The notes under the pieces are model-generated. The model ran no database searches. It saw only the letters and a program-made list of their open reading frames with translations, and was not told the DNA's origin. The position numbers and the translations under genes are program-made. This document shows, piece by piece, positions 63,120 to 64,000 of a stretch of 64,000 nt of DNA. This DNA is from a virus, in IMG/VR virus record IMGVR_UViG_3300041407_000094, positions 1 to 64,000 of that record; one strand, written 5' to 3'. Position 1 is the first letter of the stretch, and every line of letters begins with the position of its first letter.

Positions 63120-64000
63120 TTGAATACCGCTGGCAAAAAGATGATGAGTTCTTCTAAGTTTCACATGGGTTATTCTCGTTGGGATGAAGTGAAAGGAGGT
63201 TACGAAAGCTGGGGAGAGTCTGTTGAACGTGTGATGAATATGCACCGTCAGAAATATGCTTCTGTAATGACACCAGAGCTTGAAGAGTATATTGTTTTTG
63301 CAGAACAAGCCTACAAAGATAAAATTGTACTGGGGGCACAACGAGCATTGCAGTTTGGTGGTGAACAGTTGTTCAAACATGAAGCTCGTATGTATAACTG
63401 TTCAGTATCTCACTGTGACCGTGCCACTTTCTTTCAAGAAGCTATGTACTTGTTGTTGTGTGGTTGTGGTGTTGGCTTCTCTGTTCAAAGTCATCATGTT
63501 GCAAAACTCCCGAAAGTTCATAAGCGTTATGAGAAGAAAGTAAAAGTATTCCAAGTTCCAGATACAATTGAAGGCTGGGCTGACGCATTTGGTGTATTGT
63601 TCAGCAGTTACTTTGTTGATGGTGGCAGCTTCCCTGAATATAAAGGTTGCCAAGTACACTTTGATTTCAATAAGATTCGACCTAAAGGTTCATTGATTTC
63701 TGGTGGTTTTAAAGCTCCCGGTCCAGATGGTTTGCGTAGTGCGTTGGTCAAGTGTGAAGCTCTACTAGAAGCATTAGTTGAGGGGAAAACAGAGGCTGTT
63801 AGCGTTCCAACCATAACAGCCTATGACTTTGTTATGCACATGTCTGACGCTGTTTTGAGTGGGGGTGTTCGCCGGTCTGCAACCATCTGTATGTTTGATA
63901 AAGATGATGAGTTGATGTTGAAGGCCAAGACGGGGGATTGGTTTGTTGACAACGCCCAACGTGGCCGCTCAAATAATTCTGTTATGCTAGTACGAGACGA
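63120..64000 (+). CDS. Ribonucleotide reductase large subunit, partial (runs off window)
   Basis: TTG after AAGGAG; open frame with LGAQRALQFGG, MYNC, LLCGCGVGFSVQ, GGFKAPGP, GGVRRSA, GRSNNS. Class cannot be fixed without downstream genes. Confidence 0.9.
   Translation, partial: MNTAGKKMMSSSKFHMGYSRWDEVKGGYESWGESVERVMNMHRQKYASVMTPELEEYIVFAEQAYKDKIVLGAQRALQFGGEQLFKHEARMYNCSVSHCDRATFFQEAMYLLLCGCGVGFSVQSHHVAKLPKVHKRYEKKVKVFQVPDTIEGWADAFGVLFSSYFVDGGSFPEYKGCQVHFDFNKIRPKGSLISGGFKAPGPDGLRSALVKCEALLEALVEGKTEAVSVPTITAYDFVMHMSDAVLSGGVRRSATICMFDKDDELMLKAKTGDWFVDNAQRGRSNNSVMLVRD

Noticed and set aside
1-64000. CRISPR array, integrase, IS or reverse transcriptase
   Set aside because: No regularly spaced repeat-spacer units and no recognisable recombinase, transposase or RT motifs seen.

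Overview
64 kb of a tailed dsDNA phage genome (Caudoviricetes; AT-rich; no integrase or repressor seen). A Pseudomonas host is inferred from a close PhaZ homologue and sigma70-type promoters. There are four transcriptional blocks. (i) Minus strand, 1-11.6 kb: head/packaging genes (S49 protease with nested scaffold, portal, terminase large subunit split by an ORF-less group I intron with an HNH gene just upstream, SGNH protein, candidate TerS), tRNA-Asn and a structured non-coding region. (ii) Plus strand, 12-28 kb: many small ORFs, PhoH, ClpP-like protease, dCMP deaminase, PHA depolymerase and an SF2 helicase, followed by about 850 bp of non-coding DNA. (iii) Minus strand, 29-47 kb: an early-type region of tiny ORFs with strong promoters, plus DenV. 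(iv) Plus strand, 47-64 kb: replication and nucleotide metabolism (primase-helicase, family B polymerase, SSB, exonucleases, MazG-like protein, ThyX, ribonucleotide reductase). The most notable candidates are a multi-hairpin RNA downstream of the tRNA that displays five anti-Shine-Dalgarno (CUCCU) motifs; two paralogous small wHTH + PolA/T7-RNAP-like polymerases, each with a shared upstream motif and a C-depleted 5' tract, alongside a primase whose Toprim glutamate appears replaced; and a phage-borne mcl-PHA depolymerase. All calls come from reading motifs by eye; no searches or folding programs were run.
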